From contig OZ242008.1 of assembly GCA_965204735.1 (NCBI GenBank), positions 96,001 through 160,000 of the forward strand: 64,000 bases of DNA, written 5' to 3'. This document shows positions 46,544 to 56,410 of the stretch, in pieces; the first letter of the stretch is position 1, and every line of letters starts with the position of its first letter. The position numbers and the translations under genes are program-made. The DNA comes from Longimicrobiales bacterium. Its GTDB lineage: Bacteria; Gemmatimonadota; Gemmatimonadetes; Longimicrobiales; Gaopeijiaceae. Under the pieces are notes generated by a model. That model made no database searches. It saw only the letters and a list, made by a program, of their open reading frames with translations, and was not told the DNA's origin.

Positions 46544-47749
46544 ATGATCGCCGAATCAAGTCCATTTGCTCCCGGAGCGCCTGTTCCAGTCGAATACTTT
46601 GTGGGGCGCCGGGGCGAAATCGAGCATGTCCGCGGCTTGGTGCGAGCCGCGAGGGACGGCCGGACCAGGGTGGGCTTTGTCAGCGGGGAGCGCGGCATCG
46701 GCAAGAGTTCCTTGGCGGGATTTGTTCGGTGGATCGCCGAACGCCATGACGGAGTGGTCGGCTGTCACGTCTACTTGGGCGGCGTGCAAACCCTGGAGGG
46801 GGTGCTGCAACGGGTTTTCGACCGCCTGCTGAAGGACAGCATCGAACGCCCATGGCACCAGCAGATGCGCGATTCTCTGGGCGACCGTGTTCGCAGGGTC
46901 GGCCTCTTCGGGGCCACCCTCGAGCTGCGGCTCGACAGCGACGACCTGCAAGTCGTCGAGCGCAACTTCGCCCATTCGATTCGGGATTTTCTCAAGAAGA
47001 CGGGGAAGAAGAAGACTCTCCTGATGATTCTCGACGACGTCAACGGAGTGGCCAGTTCGGTGCAGTTCGCCAACTGGCTCAAGAGCACCGTGGACGAAAT
47101 TGCCACGTCGCGGCACCAGACGCGACTGTGCGTGCTGATGGTCGGCCTGGACGACAGACGGCGGCAAATGATCGCCGGGCAACCTTCCCTGGCGCGCGTC
47201 TTCGAGCTGGTGAAGATCGCTCCATGGTCGGCCGCCGAGGTCGAAGAGTTCTACCGGCAGTCGTTTCGTTCCTCTGGTGCGGACGTCTCTCCCCGAGACT
47301 TGGACTTGCTGGTGGACTTCACGGGCGGACTTCCCGTCTTGGCTCACGAAATCGGCGACGCGGTCTGGCGCGTCGCCCGGACTCCGGCGCTCGCGCGGAG
47401 CGACATCGCGACGGGCATTGTGCTGGCCGCCGCAACCGTGGGCAGCAAGTACTTGGGACCCCAAGTCTTGGCCGCAACCCGCAGCGCTCGCTATCGGTCG
47501 ATCCTTGAAGACATCGCGCAACACCTGGACGTTCGTTTCACCCGGACCGAGATCATCCAGCACATTGCGCACGACGACCGGACGGTGCTGGACAACTTCC
47601 TGCGCCGAATGAGACAGCTGGGCGTGCTGGAGGCGGTCCCCGGGACTCGCGGCGAGTACCACTTCCCGAACCGTCTCTCCCGGCTGTACTTCCGGATGTC
47701 GGCCAAGTCGGCGCCCGTTGTCGGAAGCAATCGCCAGAGCCTGCGATGA
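46544..47749 (+). CDS. AAA_16/STAND-like P-loop ATPase with C-terminal wHTH
   Basis: SPFAPG.P...FVGRRGE, GERGIGKSS, ILDDVN, TGGLP; AAGGAGAGG RBS. Confidence 0.85.
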   Translation: MIAESSPFAPGAPVPVEYFVGRRGEIEHVRGLVRAARDGRTRVGFVSGERGIGKSSLAGFVRWIAERHDGVVGCHVYLGGVQTLEGVLQRVFDRLLKDSIERPWHQQMRDSLGDRVRRVGLFGATLELRLDSDDLQVVERNFAHSIRDFLKKTGKKKTLLMILDDVNGVASSVQFANWLKSTVDEIATSRHQTRLCVLMVGLDDRRRQMIAGQPSLARVFELVKIAPWSAAEVEEFYRQSFRSSGADVSPRDLDLLVDFTGGLPVLAHEIGDAVWRVARTPALARSDIATGIVLAAATVGSKYLGPQVLAATRSARYRSILEDIAQHLDVRFTRTEIIQHIAHDDRTVLDNFLRRMRQLGVLEAVPGTRGEYHFPNRLSRLYFRMSAKSAPVVGSNRQSLR

Positions 47750-47858
47750 TGCGTCCGGGGCCTGCGGGAAGGCGGGTCTGCGGCTCCGAGAGCTGGAGGT
47801 CCGCGGGCCCCGAGGGCTGGAGCAGTGGCGGGAGCACGGCGCTTGCCGATCACGCCGC

Positions 47859-47887
47859 TTGACGACACGACATCTGCCGATTACGCT
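47859..47887 (+). promoter_or_regulatory. Putative sigma70 promoter
   Basis: TTGACG-17 nt-TACGCT, ~55 nt upstream of ATG 47941. Confidence 0.5.
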
Positions 47888-47940
47888 GGTAACCATACCC
47901 CGCGACTCCCGTTTCGATCCGACCTCAGCCGGAACCCCCA

Positions 47941-48507
47941 ATGCCTCCGAAGCAAAAGACCTATCAGCTCCGCATCGCCCTGGAAGGCGCCCGGCCGCCC
48001 ATCTGGCGACGACTTCTCGTCCCGAACTCGATCAGATTGGCCGAGCTCCACGGCGTCCTGCAGATCGTCATGGGGTGGTACGACTGCCACCTGCACAGCT
48101 TCGTCAAGGGCGATCGGCAGTACCAAATGCCGAACCCCTGGCGCGATTTGTTGGACTCCCACTGGCTGGACGAAAGGAAGTATCATCTTGACCAGCTGCT
48201 GACCAGGCCGAAGGACTGGATGAGGTACGTGTACGACTTCGGCGACAACTGGCGTCACAAGGTCACGCTGCAGAAGGTCCTGCCTGTCGACCCGAAGCAA
48301 CCGTTGCCGTTCTGCTTGTCCGGCAAGCGTCGGTGCCCTCCCGAGGACTGCGGCGGGCTGGGCGGCTACTACAACATGCTGGAGGCCGTGGCCGACCCGA
48401 CGCACGAGGAACACGAAATGTACTCCGAGTGGCTTGTCGACGACTTCGACCCGGAAGAGTTCGACGTGGACGACGTGAACGACGCACTGGAGATCGGCTA
48501 CCACTAG
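47941..48507 (+). CDS. Plasmid pRiA4b ORF-3-like family protein
   Basis: YQLRIAL...PPIWRRL.VP, LHGVLQIVMGW..CHLHSF, YVYDFGDNWRH, CPPEDCGG. Confidence 0.92.
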   Translation: MPPKQKTYQLRIALEGARPPIWRRLLVPNSIRLAELHGVLQIVMGWYDCHLHSFVKGDRQYQMPNPWRDLLDSHWLDERKYHLDQLLTRPKDWMRYVYDFGDNWRHKVTLQKVLPVDPKQPLPFCLSGKRRCPPEDCGGLGGYYNMLEAVADPTHEEHEMYSEWLVDDFDPEEFDVDDVNDALEIGYH

Positions 48508-48576
48508 CGAACCAAAGACCGAACGGAGCCGCCGAACCACACGAGGTCGAGGAGCGCCCCGGGCGGCGAGTCCCTA

Positions 48577-49062
48577 CTACAGCTCCGCCACCCGCAGCAT
48601 CCGCAGCCCGGGCGTCTCGGGCATCTCACGGTCGGCGGTCAGGAAGTAGCCGCAGCCGCTCGAGAGCGCCGTGCCGAGGTGCACCGCCGCGGGCGTCGGA
48701 ACCGACGACGTGGCACGCAGCCGGCCCGCTTCCCGCACGACGGCCCGGCCCACGTCGATCAGCTCAAGCCCAGGCGAGGCGGCCAGCGCGGCGGCGCACC
48801 GCTCGGCGAACCGCCAGCGCCCGAGCCGGTACGGCGCCACCAGGACGTCCATGAGCGCGAGGACGGACGCGACCAAGCGGAGTTCGCGCCGGTCCGCCAT
48901 CTCGAACACGGGCGCGACACGCGGAGCGACCTCGGGGTCGTCTGCGACCCACCCGACCAGCACCGTGCCGTCCACGCAGACCCTCTGGCCGGCAAGCCGA
49001 CCAGCGCCGGACGCCAGCCCGGCGACGCCCCCACCGTCCCGCTGGGTCAGCTCACTCGCCAT
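48577..49062 (-). CDS. PIN-domain (VapC/FitB-like) protein with a degenerate catalytic set
   Basis: VCVDGTVL, MDVLVAP, AGRLRA....TPAAVHLGTA, FLTADR. Confidence 0.75.
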   Translation of the reverse strand: MASELTQRDGGGVAGLASGAGRLAGQRVCVDGTVLVGWVADDPEVAPRVAPVFEMADRRELRLVASVLALMDVLVAPYRLGRWRFAERCAAALAASPGLELIDVGRAVVREAGRLRATSSVPTPAAVHLGTALSSGCGYFLTADREMPETPGLRMLRVAEL

Positions 49063-49354
49063 CGTCCGGGACCGCCCGCTCGCGCCTCGCGCCTTGGACC
49101 TCATCCTCCTTCCAGCCATCAGAACGGCTCTGGACCGACGTTCCGACATCCTGCGTCGGCCGTCCCTCGGCCTCTGCCCACAGCTCTTGGCCAAGGCCCC
49201 GAATCTGCTGGAGCGACGGCGGCTGTCCCTGCTGGATCGCCCGCTCGAGCAGGAAAGTGACGTGCCCCGAAAGCGACCGGTGATGGCGGTCGGCGTCGTC
49301 TTGGAGCTCTCCGTAAAGCTTGTCCGGGAACCCCTTGATGCTCAGCGTGGCCAC
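49052..49354 (-). CDS. FitA-like ribbon-helix-helix (Arc-family) antitoxin/regulator
   Basis: GGAGG RBS and GTG start; MATLSIKGFPDKLYGELQDDADRHHRSLSGHVTFLLERA...SLQQIRGLGQELW. Confidence 0.82.
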   Translation of the reverse strand: MATLSIKGFPDKLYGELQDDADRHHRSLSGHVTFLLERAIQQGQPPSLQQIRGLGQELWAEAEGRPTQDVGTSVQSRSDGWKEDEVQGARRERAVPDDGE

Positions 49355-49367
49355 GACGTGTTCCTCC

Positions 49368-49466
49368 GTTTTGGTGGTGTTTTGGTAGTATTTTGGAGGC
49401 ATACTGGTAGCATTTCGCCACCGTTTCGCATCCAAGACGCTACCATTTTGGTAGCAGAATGGTAGT
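49368..49466. repeat. Nine 11-bp repeats in both orientations (RCTACCAWWWT-like) upstream of the FitA-like gene
   Basis: Minus strand: gctaccagtat, gcctccaaaat, actaccaaaac, accaccaaaac (49411-49368). Plus strand: gccaccgtttc, gcatccaagac, gctaccatttt (49417-49449). Minus strand: gctaccaaaat, actaccattct (49445-49466). Confidence 0.82.
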
Positions 49467-49686
49467 ACTCTACCGAAAGAAGGTGCAAGGTGCAAGCACC
49501 GACCAAGGGGGTTGCGCGCGAAGACCAGGGGGCAGCGCGCAAGGCGCCGGCCAAGCAGCCGCGGCCAGCTTGACACCTCGCCCTCCGCCGCCCCATGGTA
49601 ATCGCCACGGCGCGAACGGCCGGCCTCTCCGAACGGAGGCCCGCTGGGCAGGAGCGTTTCCCCACCAGAACTGGAGGACGGCAGGT

Positions 49687-49887
49687 ATGGCCAAAGGGAC
49701 GGTCAAGTGGTTCAACGACTCGAGAGGCTACGGCTTCATCTCCCAGTCGTCGGGCGAAGACGTCTTCGTCCACTTCACCTCGATCGAGGGATCGGGCTTC
49801 CGGACCCTCTCCGAGGGCGAGGAAGTCGAGTTCGAGGTCAAGGAAACGGAGCGGGGCGTCCAAGCGGCCAACGTGATCCGCGCCTGA
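49687..49887 (+). CDS. cspA: Cold-shock protein
   Basis: [38 protein letters not shown]-18-CATGGT lies upstream at 49570-49599. Confidence 0.95.
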   Translation: MAKGTVKWFNDSRGYGFISQSSGEDVFVHFTSIEGSGFRTLSEGEEVEFEVKETERGVQAANVIRA

Positions 49888-49954
49888 CCCCGACCGTCCG
49901 CAGGGGGGACGCTCAGCCAGCGCCCGCGCTCGCGGGGCGTTCCTTCCCCAAACC

Positions 49955-52780
49955 ATGGAAGTCCCGGCCAAGACCGCTCCCCGCCTTTTCCTGATCGACG
50001 CCTACGCCCTGATCTACCGGGCGTTCTACGCCTTCGGGGATCGGCCGCTCACCAACGCCAAGGGCGAGAACACGTCCGCTCCCTTCGGCTTCGCCACCTT
50101 CCTCCACGACGTCTTCGAAACGCACGGGCCCGACTACTTGGCCGTCGTCTTCGACTCGGGACGCAGCCACCGGGAGGAGCTCTACCCGGCGTACAAGGCC
50201 ACCCGAGAAAAGATGCCCGCCGAGCTGCGGGAGAGCCTGCCTCGGGTTCGGGAGCTGGTGGAGGCGTTCCGGGGGCGAGTCGTCGAAGTGGAAGGCTGGG
50301 AGGCCGACGACGTGATCGGCACCCTGGCCCGCCAGGCCGTGGAGAAGGGGATGGAGGCCGTGATCGTCTCCGGCGACAAGGACTTCTACCAGCTGGTGAG
50401 CGGCGGCGTGCGGCTGCTGAACCCAGGCCGAGGCGGACCCGCCGGCGTGGCGACCCACTGGGTGGACGAAGCGACGGCCGCCCGGAAGTTTGGCGTGCCG
50501 CCCGAGCGGGTCGTGGACTACTTGGCGCTGGTGGGCGACTCGTCGGACAACGTGCCGGGCGCCCCGGGGGTCGGGCCGAAGACGGCTGTGAAGCTGCTGA
50601 ACGAACACGGGACCGTGGAAGCCGCGCTCGACCGCGCGGGCGAGGTGAAGGCCAAGCGGGTGCGCGAGTCGCTGATCGCCAACCGGGAGCAGGTTCTCCT
50701 CTCCAAGAAGCTGGTCGCGATCTGCACGGACGTGGCGGTGGAGGTGGAGATCAACGACCTGCGGGTGTCGGCGCCCGACGCCGAACGGCTGCGCGCCCTG
50801 TACGTGGAGCTCGAGTTCCGCACTCTGCTGGGGCGCCTCGGCGGGAGCGGCATCGCAAGGAAGACGGCCGGCGACGAGAGCGGAGCGGGCGCGGAGGCCG
50901 GGGCCGAGTACGTGGTCGTGTCCGGCTTGGACGAAGTGGCGGACGTGGTGCGGGTCTGCCGAGAGGCGGGAACGATAGGCGTGGCGGTCCTTACCGGGAC
51001 GCTGGAGCCGACGCGGGGAGCGGTCGTGGGCTTGGCGCTGGCGCCGGCGGCAGGCCGCGCCTTCTACCTGCCGGTGGGCCACCAGGAAGAGACGGCCGCC
51101 CCGACGCTCGACGGACTGGGCGAGCTGGGAGACCTGGGCGAAGCGGTCCGCAACGCTCCCGTCCCCAACCTGCCGTCCCTGGACGGCGGCGAGATGACCC
51201 CGCTTCGGGAGCTGCTGGCCGACTCCGCGGTCGCCAAGGTGGGCCACGACCTGAAGCGTTCGATCGTCGCCTGCCGACGGGCCGGGCTGGAGCTGGCCGG
51301 GCCCCTGCACGACGCGATGGTGGCGTCCTACGTGCTGGACCCGGGCCGTCGCCACCAGGACCTGACCGCTCTCGCCACCGACTTCCTGGGCGCCCAGGTC
51401 ACGCCGGCTTCCAACGCGACGGGCAAGGGAAAGGATCGGCGCGACTTCGGCGAGGCGCTCGCCGCTGCCGCCCGCGACTTCGCCTGCGAGCAGGCCGAGC
51501 TGCCCCTGCGCCTGTGGGAGCGCTTTGCCCAGGAGCTGGCCGCCCGCGGCCCCGGGACGCAGCGCCTCTTCGACGATCTGGAGACGCCCCTGATCCCGGT
51601 TCTGGCCGAGATGGAGCTGGCGGGCGTGGGGATCGACGCGGCCTTCTTCACTCGGATGCGCGCCCGCCTGGAGGAGGAGCTGCGGCTGATCCGAGGCGAC
51701 CTCTACCGGATGGCGGGGACCGACTTCAACATCCACTCCACGCCCCAGCTTCGCCAAGTCCTCTTCGAGCGCCTGGAGCTTCCCGTCCTGAAGCGCACCA
51801 AGACGGGGCCGTCCACCGACTCCACTGTGCTGGAAGAGCTGGCGGCGGCAGGTCACGAGCTTCCCCGGCTGCTCATGGAGTACCGGCAGCTCGACAAGTT
51901 GCGGGGCACCTACGTGGACGCCCTTCCCGCGCTGGTGAACCCCGAGACGCGGCGCATCCACACCACCTTCAACCAGTCGGTGGCCGCCACGGGCCGCCTC
52001 TCGTCCTCCGATCCCAACCTCCAGAACATCCCCGTCCGCACCGACCTGGGGCGCGAGATCCGCAAGGGGTTCGTGGCGCCGCCGGGAGCGCTCCTGCTGA
52101 CTGCCGACTACTCCCAGATCGAGCTTCGCGTCCTGGCCCACTACTCGGGGGACCCGGTCTTCGTGCGGGCGTTCCGGGAAGAGAAGGACATCCATCGGGA
52201 AACCGCGGCGGTGGTCTTCGACGTGGCGGTGGACGAGGTCACGGGCCAGATGCGGGACCAGGCCAAGACGGTCAACTTCGCCACGATCTACGGGCAGGGT
52301 CCCTTCTCCCTGAGCCGTCGGCTGGGTATCTCGATGGACGAAGCGAAGGCTTTCATCGCCGCGTACTTCGAGCGCTTCGCCGGGGTGCGCCGCTACCTGG
52401 ACGAGCAGGTGGAGCGGGCCAAGGAGACGGGGTATGTCGAGACGCTGCTGGGTCGGCGGCGACGAGTGCCCGAGCTGTGGGCCAAGTCGTGGAACGTCCG
52501 TCAGTTCGGCGAACGAGTCGCCTGCAACACGCCGATCCAGGGGACGGCGGCCGACCTGATCAAGGCGGCGATGATCCGGCTGGCCGCGATTCTCGACGGG
52601 GACCCGGGGGCCCGGATGCTCCTCCAGGTCCACGACGAGCTGGTCTTCGAGGTGGCCGAGGACCGGGTGGAGGAGTTGGCCGCCACCGCGACGGAGGCGA
52701 TGGAGTCGGCGATGGAGCTCGACGTGCCTCTCCGGGTGGACGTGGGGGCCGGGAAGAGCTGGTACGACTGCAAGGCGTGA
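49955..52780 (+). CDS. polA: DNA polymerase I
   Basis: 5'-3' exonuclease motifs LIDAYALIYRAF, EADDVIG, GDSSDN. Polymerase motifs TGRLSSSDPNLQNIP, DYSQIELR, AKTVNFATIYG, LQVHDEL. Confidence 0.97.
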   Translation: MEVPAKTAPRLFLIDAYALIYRAFYAFGDRPLTNAKGENTSAPFGFATFLHDVFETHGPDYLAVVFDSGRSHREELYPAYKATREKMPAELRESLPRVRELVEAFRGRVVEVEGWEADDVIGTLARQAVEKGMEAVIVSGDKDFYQLVSGGVRLLNPGRGGPAGVATHWVDEATAARKFGVPPERVVDYLALVGDSSDNVPGAPGVGPKTAVKLLNEHGTVEAALDRAGEVKAKRVRESLIANREQVLLSKKLVAICTDVAVEVEINDLRVSAPDAERLRALYVELEFRTLLGRLGGSGIARKTAGDESGAGAEAGAEYVVVSGLDEVADVVRVCREAGTIGVAVLTGTLEPTRGAVVGLALAPAAGRAFYLPVGHQEETAAPTLDGLGELGDLGEAVRNAPVPNLPSLDGGEMTPLRELLADSAVAKVGHDLKRSIVACRRAGLELAGPLHDAMVASYVLDPGRRHQDLTALATDFLGAQVTPASNATGKGKDRRDFGEALAAAARDFACEQAELPLRLWERFAQELAARGPGTQRLFDDLETPLIPVLAEMELAGVGIDAAFFTRMRARLEEELRLIRGDLYRMAGTDFNIHSTPQLRQVLFERLELPVLKRTKTGPSTDSTVLEELAAAGHELPRLLMEYRQLDKLRGTYVDALPALVNPETRRIHTTFNQSVAATGRLSSSDPNLQNIPVRTDLGREIRKGFVAPPGALLLTADYSQIELRVLAHYSGDPVFVRAFREEKDIHRETAAVVFDVAVDEVTGQMRDQAKTVNFATIYGQGPFSLSRRLGISMDEAKAFIAAYFERFAGVRRYLDEQVERAKETGYVETLLGRRRRVPELWAKSWNVRQFGERVACNTPIQGTAADLIKAAMIRLAAILDGDPGARMLLQVHDELVFEVAEDRVEELAATATEAMESAMELDVPLRVDVGAGKSWYDCKA

Positions 52781-52956
52781 CGGGGTCGTTTCCGGCGGTT
52801 GCGGCCACGAAAAAAAAAATAGGCCCAACGAGAAATGGAAACGCCCATCGGGAGAGCCCATCCTTCTGTCGTGCACCCCTGACTCGGGGCCTGCCGGTGG
52901 CCAAACCCGCGACGTCACGGCATCCCGAAGCGCGGTCCAAGACGGAGGAATGTCCC

Positions 52957-53301
52957 GTGAGCCGTTCGGTCAACAAGATCATTCTCGTGGGCAACGTCGG
53001 GAACGACCCCGACGTGCGCATGACCAGCTCCGGCGTGAAGGTCGCCCACCTCTCCCTCGCCACGAACTGGCGCACCGGCGGCGACGAGCCGGAAGAGCGC
53101 ACCGACTGGCACCGGGTGAACCTGTGGGGACGCCTGGCCCAGGTGGCGGAGGACTACGTCTCGAAGGGAGACAAGCTCTTCATCGAGGGCTACCTGCAGT
53201 ACGACTCCTACGAGCGGGACGGCGTGACGATCCCGACGGCGGAGGTCAGGGCGCGGGAGCTGGTGATGCTGACGCCGCGCAGCGCGGACGATCCCGTGTA
53301 G
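52957..53301 (+). CDS. ssb: Single-stranded DNA-binding protein (short)
   Basis: SVNKIILVGNVGNDPDVR, ERTDWHRV, KGDKLFIEG; GGAGG RBS. Confidence 0.92.
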   Translation: MSRSVNKIILVGNVGNDPDVRMTSSGVKVAHLSLATNWRTGGDEPEERTDWHRVNLWGRLAQVAEDYVSKGDKLFIEGYLQYDSYERDGVTIPTAEVRARELVMLTPRSADDPV

Positions 53302-53369
53302 CCCGCGACAGGACTCCGGGGTCGGCGGCGTGCAGACGGCCGTCGGCCCCGGTGGCTTGGCTCAGCGCG

Positions 53370-54230
53370 TCAGTTGGCGGTCCAGAAGCCTTCGAGAGAC
53401 TCGCCCTGGGGGCTGTCCCGGAGCTTCTCGAACGCCCGGTTGCGGATCTGGCGGATCCGCTCCCTGGTCACGCCGAGGAGCTTGCCGATGTCTTCGAGGG
53501 TGCGCTCTTCGCCGTCGTCAAGGCCGTAGTAGAGGTAGAGGATCTTCCGCTCCCGCTCCGTCAGGTACTCGTCGAACATCGACTCCAGGTAGCGACGCCG
53601 AACCCGCGCCTCCATGTGTTCCTCGATGTCGTCCGCGTCCGACCCTGCGAAGCGGTCGCCGAAGCTGGCGCTGTCCCGGTCGCTTCGGTCGATGGGAGCG
53701 TCGAAGCTCAGCTCGGTGGCGGCCACGCGGCGGAGGGTCCGAACCGTCTCCAAGGGCTCCCTCATCTCCCGGGCGAGCTCGTCGTCGGTCGGAGTCCGGC
53801 CCAGCTCTTGGCTGAGGGCGGTGGTGGTGCGCGCCAAGCGAGCCAAGTTCGAGTTCTGGTTGAGGGGGATCCGCACCGAGCGCGTCTGCTCCGCCAGGGC
53901 CTGGAGAACGGTTTGGCGGATCCACCACACGGCGTAGGAGATGAACTTCACGCCCTTGTCCGGGTCGAACTTCTTGACGGCCTTCAGGAGCCCCTCGTTC
54001 CCGATGCAGACCAGCTCTGCCAGCCCCAGGCCTCGGCCTTGGTACTTCTTCACGTAGGAGATGACGAAGCGGAGGTTGGCCGTGACCAGTCGTTCCGCCG
54101 CTTCCTTGTCCCCGGCTCGGGCTCGCCTCGCGAGGTCCTTTTCTTCCTCCGGGTCCGAGATCAGGGGGTAGCGCTCCACGTCTTGGAGGTACTGGTCGAA
54201 GGAATCGAGACCACGCGAATCGGTGAGCAA
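53370..54230 (-). CDS. RNA polymerase sigma-70 factor (RpoD/SigA-like, lacking region 1.1)
   Basis: ANLRFVIS..KKY, GNEGLLKAVKKFDP.KG.KFISYAVWWIRQ, TLEDIG..LGVTRERIRQI. Confidence 0.93.
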   Translation of the reverse strand: MLTDSRGLDSFDQYLQDVERYPLISDPEEEKDLARRARAGDKEAAERLVTANLRFVISYVKKYQGRGLGLAELVCIGNEGLLKAVKKFDPDKGVKFISYAVWWIRQTVLQALAEQTRSVRIPLNQNSNLARLARTTTALSQELGRTPTDDELAREMREPLETVRTLRRVAATELSFDAPIDRSDRDSASFGDRFAGSDADDIEEHMEARVRRRYLESMFDEYLTERERKILYLYYGLDDGEERTLEDIGKLLGVTRERIRQIRNRAFEKLRDSPQGESLEGFWTAN

Positions 54231-54433
54231 AAGCCGTCCTCCTGCCGGAACGATAGGACTGCGGCGTCTCTTGGCGACCGATTGGGGAGGGCTTCGCCCC
54301 CGCTCGAATGCCGGGAAGCCGGGAACACCAACAGCTTATGCCTCCGGCGTCCGAAAGTCAATGTTTTTTTCGGCTTGGCGCGCCTTCCGTCTCGGGCGCC
54401 GGCGCGCATTCTCGGCCGCCGGAACGCGCCTCG

Positions 54434-56278
54434 TCACCGGCCGGAGCGGCCTCCCAAGAGCGCGTCCAGGGCCGGAACCAGACGGCTCCGACGGGTCTGG
54501 CGGTCCCCGAAGCCGGCGAGGAGGCTGACGGTCTGGGAAACGCCCACGTGGAAGCGAACGTCCCGGAGCCCGCCGTCGCGCAGGGGGACGGCCACGGCGA
54601 GGCCATAGGCGTTTCGGCTGCCCGGCGGAAACCCCATCCTGATCCCAGCGCCCGCCGCCGCGCGCGGTCCAGAGTCGGCCCCGAAGGGAACGTCGCCCCG
54701 CCACCCCGCGCCCGCGTCCAGGAAGACGGTCAGGCCCAAGTCGAACACGTCCCTGAACGGCCCGTCCAGAGCGATTCGATCCTCCAAGTTGAGGACGAGC
54801 CTCCGGCCGGCCGGAAAAGCCTCCTGGTCGAGCCCGCGCATCCCTCCGCCCGGGCTGCCCAGCGTCAGCTGGAAGGGAAGCGAGTGGTTCCATCCGCCGG
54901 CGCCCGAGAGGTTCGCCACCAGCGTGTGGCCCGGTCCGCCCGAGGGCTGCCAGTAGAGGTGCGCCTCGAACTCGACGAGGACGTCCCGGTAGCTCGAAGG
55001 GGCGCCTTCCCCGATCAGGCGAGCGGCTTCGGCGGCGAACTCGGAGCTGAGCACCCACGTGGGTCCGGCGGCGCCGGCGAAGAGCGAGAGACGGCCGGCG
55101 AGCTCCCGGTAGGCGCCGTCGGTCGTTCCTCCCGCAGGCGTGCCGTCTCGGCGAAACGGCTTGCCCAAGGTGGTTCCCGCCGCCAGTAGCAGCTGAGCGC
55201 CCGTGCGCACGTCCTGGCGGCCCCGGACCGCGTCCAGTCCCCTGCGGGCGACGAAGCGGATCCTGCGCTTGCCGGCCAGCAAGACGGCCCGGGCGGCGTC
55301 GCGGGGGACGACCTGCGGCCCGAGCGCCTCGATGGTGGCGGAGTCCGCGGGCTCTCGCACCCCGAAGTCCAGGTCCGGCACCACCTCCACTCCCGCCGGG
55401 AAGTCGGCGAACGAGACTTCCCGCCACGACACGCCCGCCCCCAGGACCGTCAGGTCGCCGGGCTCGCCCAGGCGCGCCGCCAGCGTCGCCGACGCCCGAC
55501 GGGTGGCCATCGGCAAGCTCGCGTGCGTGAAGGGCGACCCTTCCGGCGCCCCGTAGGGGAAGAGGCTCTCGCGTCGCGAGAAAGACTGCTGGAAGGCGAA
55601 CCGGCCCACCTCGCCGACGAAGGGGTAGGCCAGCGACTCCTCGAAGAAGGTGCCGGTGCGGGTGCGACCGACGCTGATCCCGCCGTCCATGCGGGTGCCC
55701 GCCATCCGCCGAGTCCGCACCGCTCCGCCCACGTCCTGCTGCTCGTCCTGCTCCCTCCAGAAGAACGCCAGGCGCGTTCCCGTTCCCCAGAAGCTTTCCT
55801 CTGCGACTTCGGCCCGGGCGAACCCGAAGCCGCCCCGCACCTTCGGCAGCACGTTCAGCTTGAAGGTCCACTCGTCCTGCGTCTCCACCACCACCGAGTC
55901 TCCCTCGATCCGCGCCTCCGCTTCGGCGATGAAGGGGTAGGACCGAAGGATGCGGGCCGACTCGGAGACCAGGAACGGATTGAGGCAGTCGCCCGGCTTG
56001 AAGAGCAGCTCGCCGCGCACGAAGCCCTCCCGGGTACGGTGGTGCAGGCGGTTCGCCACGGTGTGGACCAGCCGCCGAAAGCGCCCTTCGGGGACGTCCT
56101 CGTCGGCGTGGTAGATCGATCGGCGATCGAGCGCCACTGCCCGGATCGCTCCGGCGGGGCACGAATCGAGCGGGAGGTCCGCCTGAGCGTCCAAGAGCGA
56201 CGCGCCGCCGGCCGGCCCGGCCGCCAGGGCCAGGGCGCCGGCCGGGACGCGGAAGCGCCGCGCGAGGGCGCGGGTCAT
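54434..56278 (-). CDS. BamA/TamA-like outer-membrane protein
   Basis: Signal peptide, POTRA-like HHRTRE.FVRGELLF..GD...ESARILR, and beta-barrel motifs GGMRG, FLDAG.GW, AGAGIR. Confidence 0.75.
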   Translation of the reverse strand: MTRALARRFRVPAGALALAAGPAGGASLLDAQADLPLDSCPAGAIRAVALDRRSIYHADEDVPEGRFRRLVHTVANRLHHRTREGFVRGELLFKPGDCLNPFLVSESARILRSYPFIAEAEARIEGDSVVVETQDEWTFKLNVLPKVRGGFGFARAEVAEESFWGTGTRLAFFWREQDEQQDVGGAVRTRRMAGTRMDGGISVGRTRTGTFFEESLAYPFVGEVGRFAFQQSFSRRESLFPYGAPEGSPFTHASLPMATRRASATLAARLGEPGDLTVLGAGVSWREVSFADFPAGVEVVPDLDFGVREPADSATIEALGPQVVPRDAARAVLLAGKRRIRFVARRGLDAVRGRQDVRTGAQLLLAAGTTLGKPFRRDGTPAGGTTDGAYRELAGRLSLFAGAAGPTWVLSSEFAAEAARLIGEGAPSSYRDVLVEFEAHLYWQPSGGPGHTLVANLSGAGGWNHSLPFQLTLGSPGGGMRGLDQEAFPAGRRLVLNLEDRIALDGPFRDVFDLGLTVFLDAGAGWRGDVPFGADSGPRAAAGAGIRMGFPPGSRNAYGLAVAVPLRDGGLRDVRFHVGVSQTVSLLAGFGDRQTRRSRLVPALDALLGGRSGR

Positions 56279-56410
56279 GGAGTCGCGAGTTGTCGGTGCA
56301 CGCGGAAGGACGCGGCGTGGGCGGGGCCGGCGAGGCCGACGACCGGCGGGCGGTGATCTGGAAGCTACCACGGAAAGACGAATTGACGGCCGTTCGGGGT
56401 TGCCGGTAGC

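Noticed and set aside
29851..48507. CTAG sites at many cargo junctions as IS scars
   Set aside because: CTAG also occurs often inside the foreign AT-richer genes and as stop codons. Only the 29992/31512 pair is supported by inverted repeats.
22300..49500. Island as a prophage or ICE with att sites
   Set aside because: No integrase, tRNA, phage structural or conjugation genes were seen, and no flanking direct repeat was found by eye.
49913..52918. Long antisense ORFs (this 1001-aa ORF, also 17344-20226, 5828-8182, 58732-60630 and others)
   Set aside because: These are shadow frames of well-supported genes, expected from high GC3 bias, and have no recognisable motifs.
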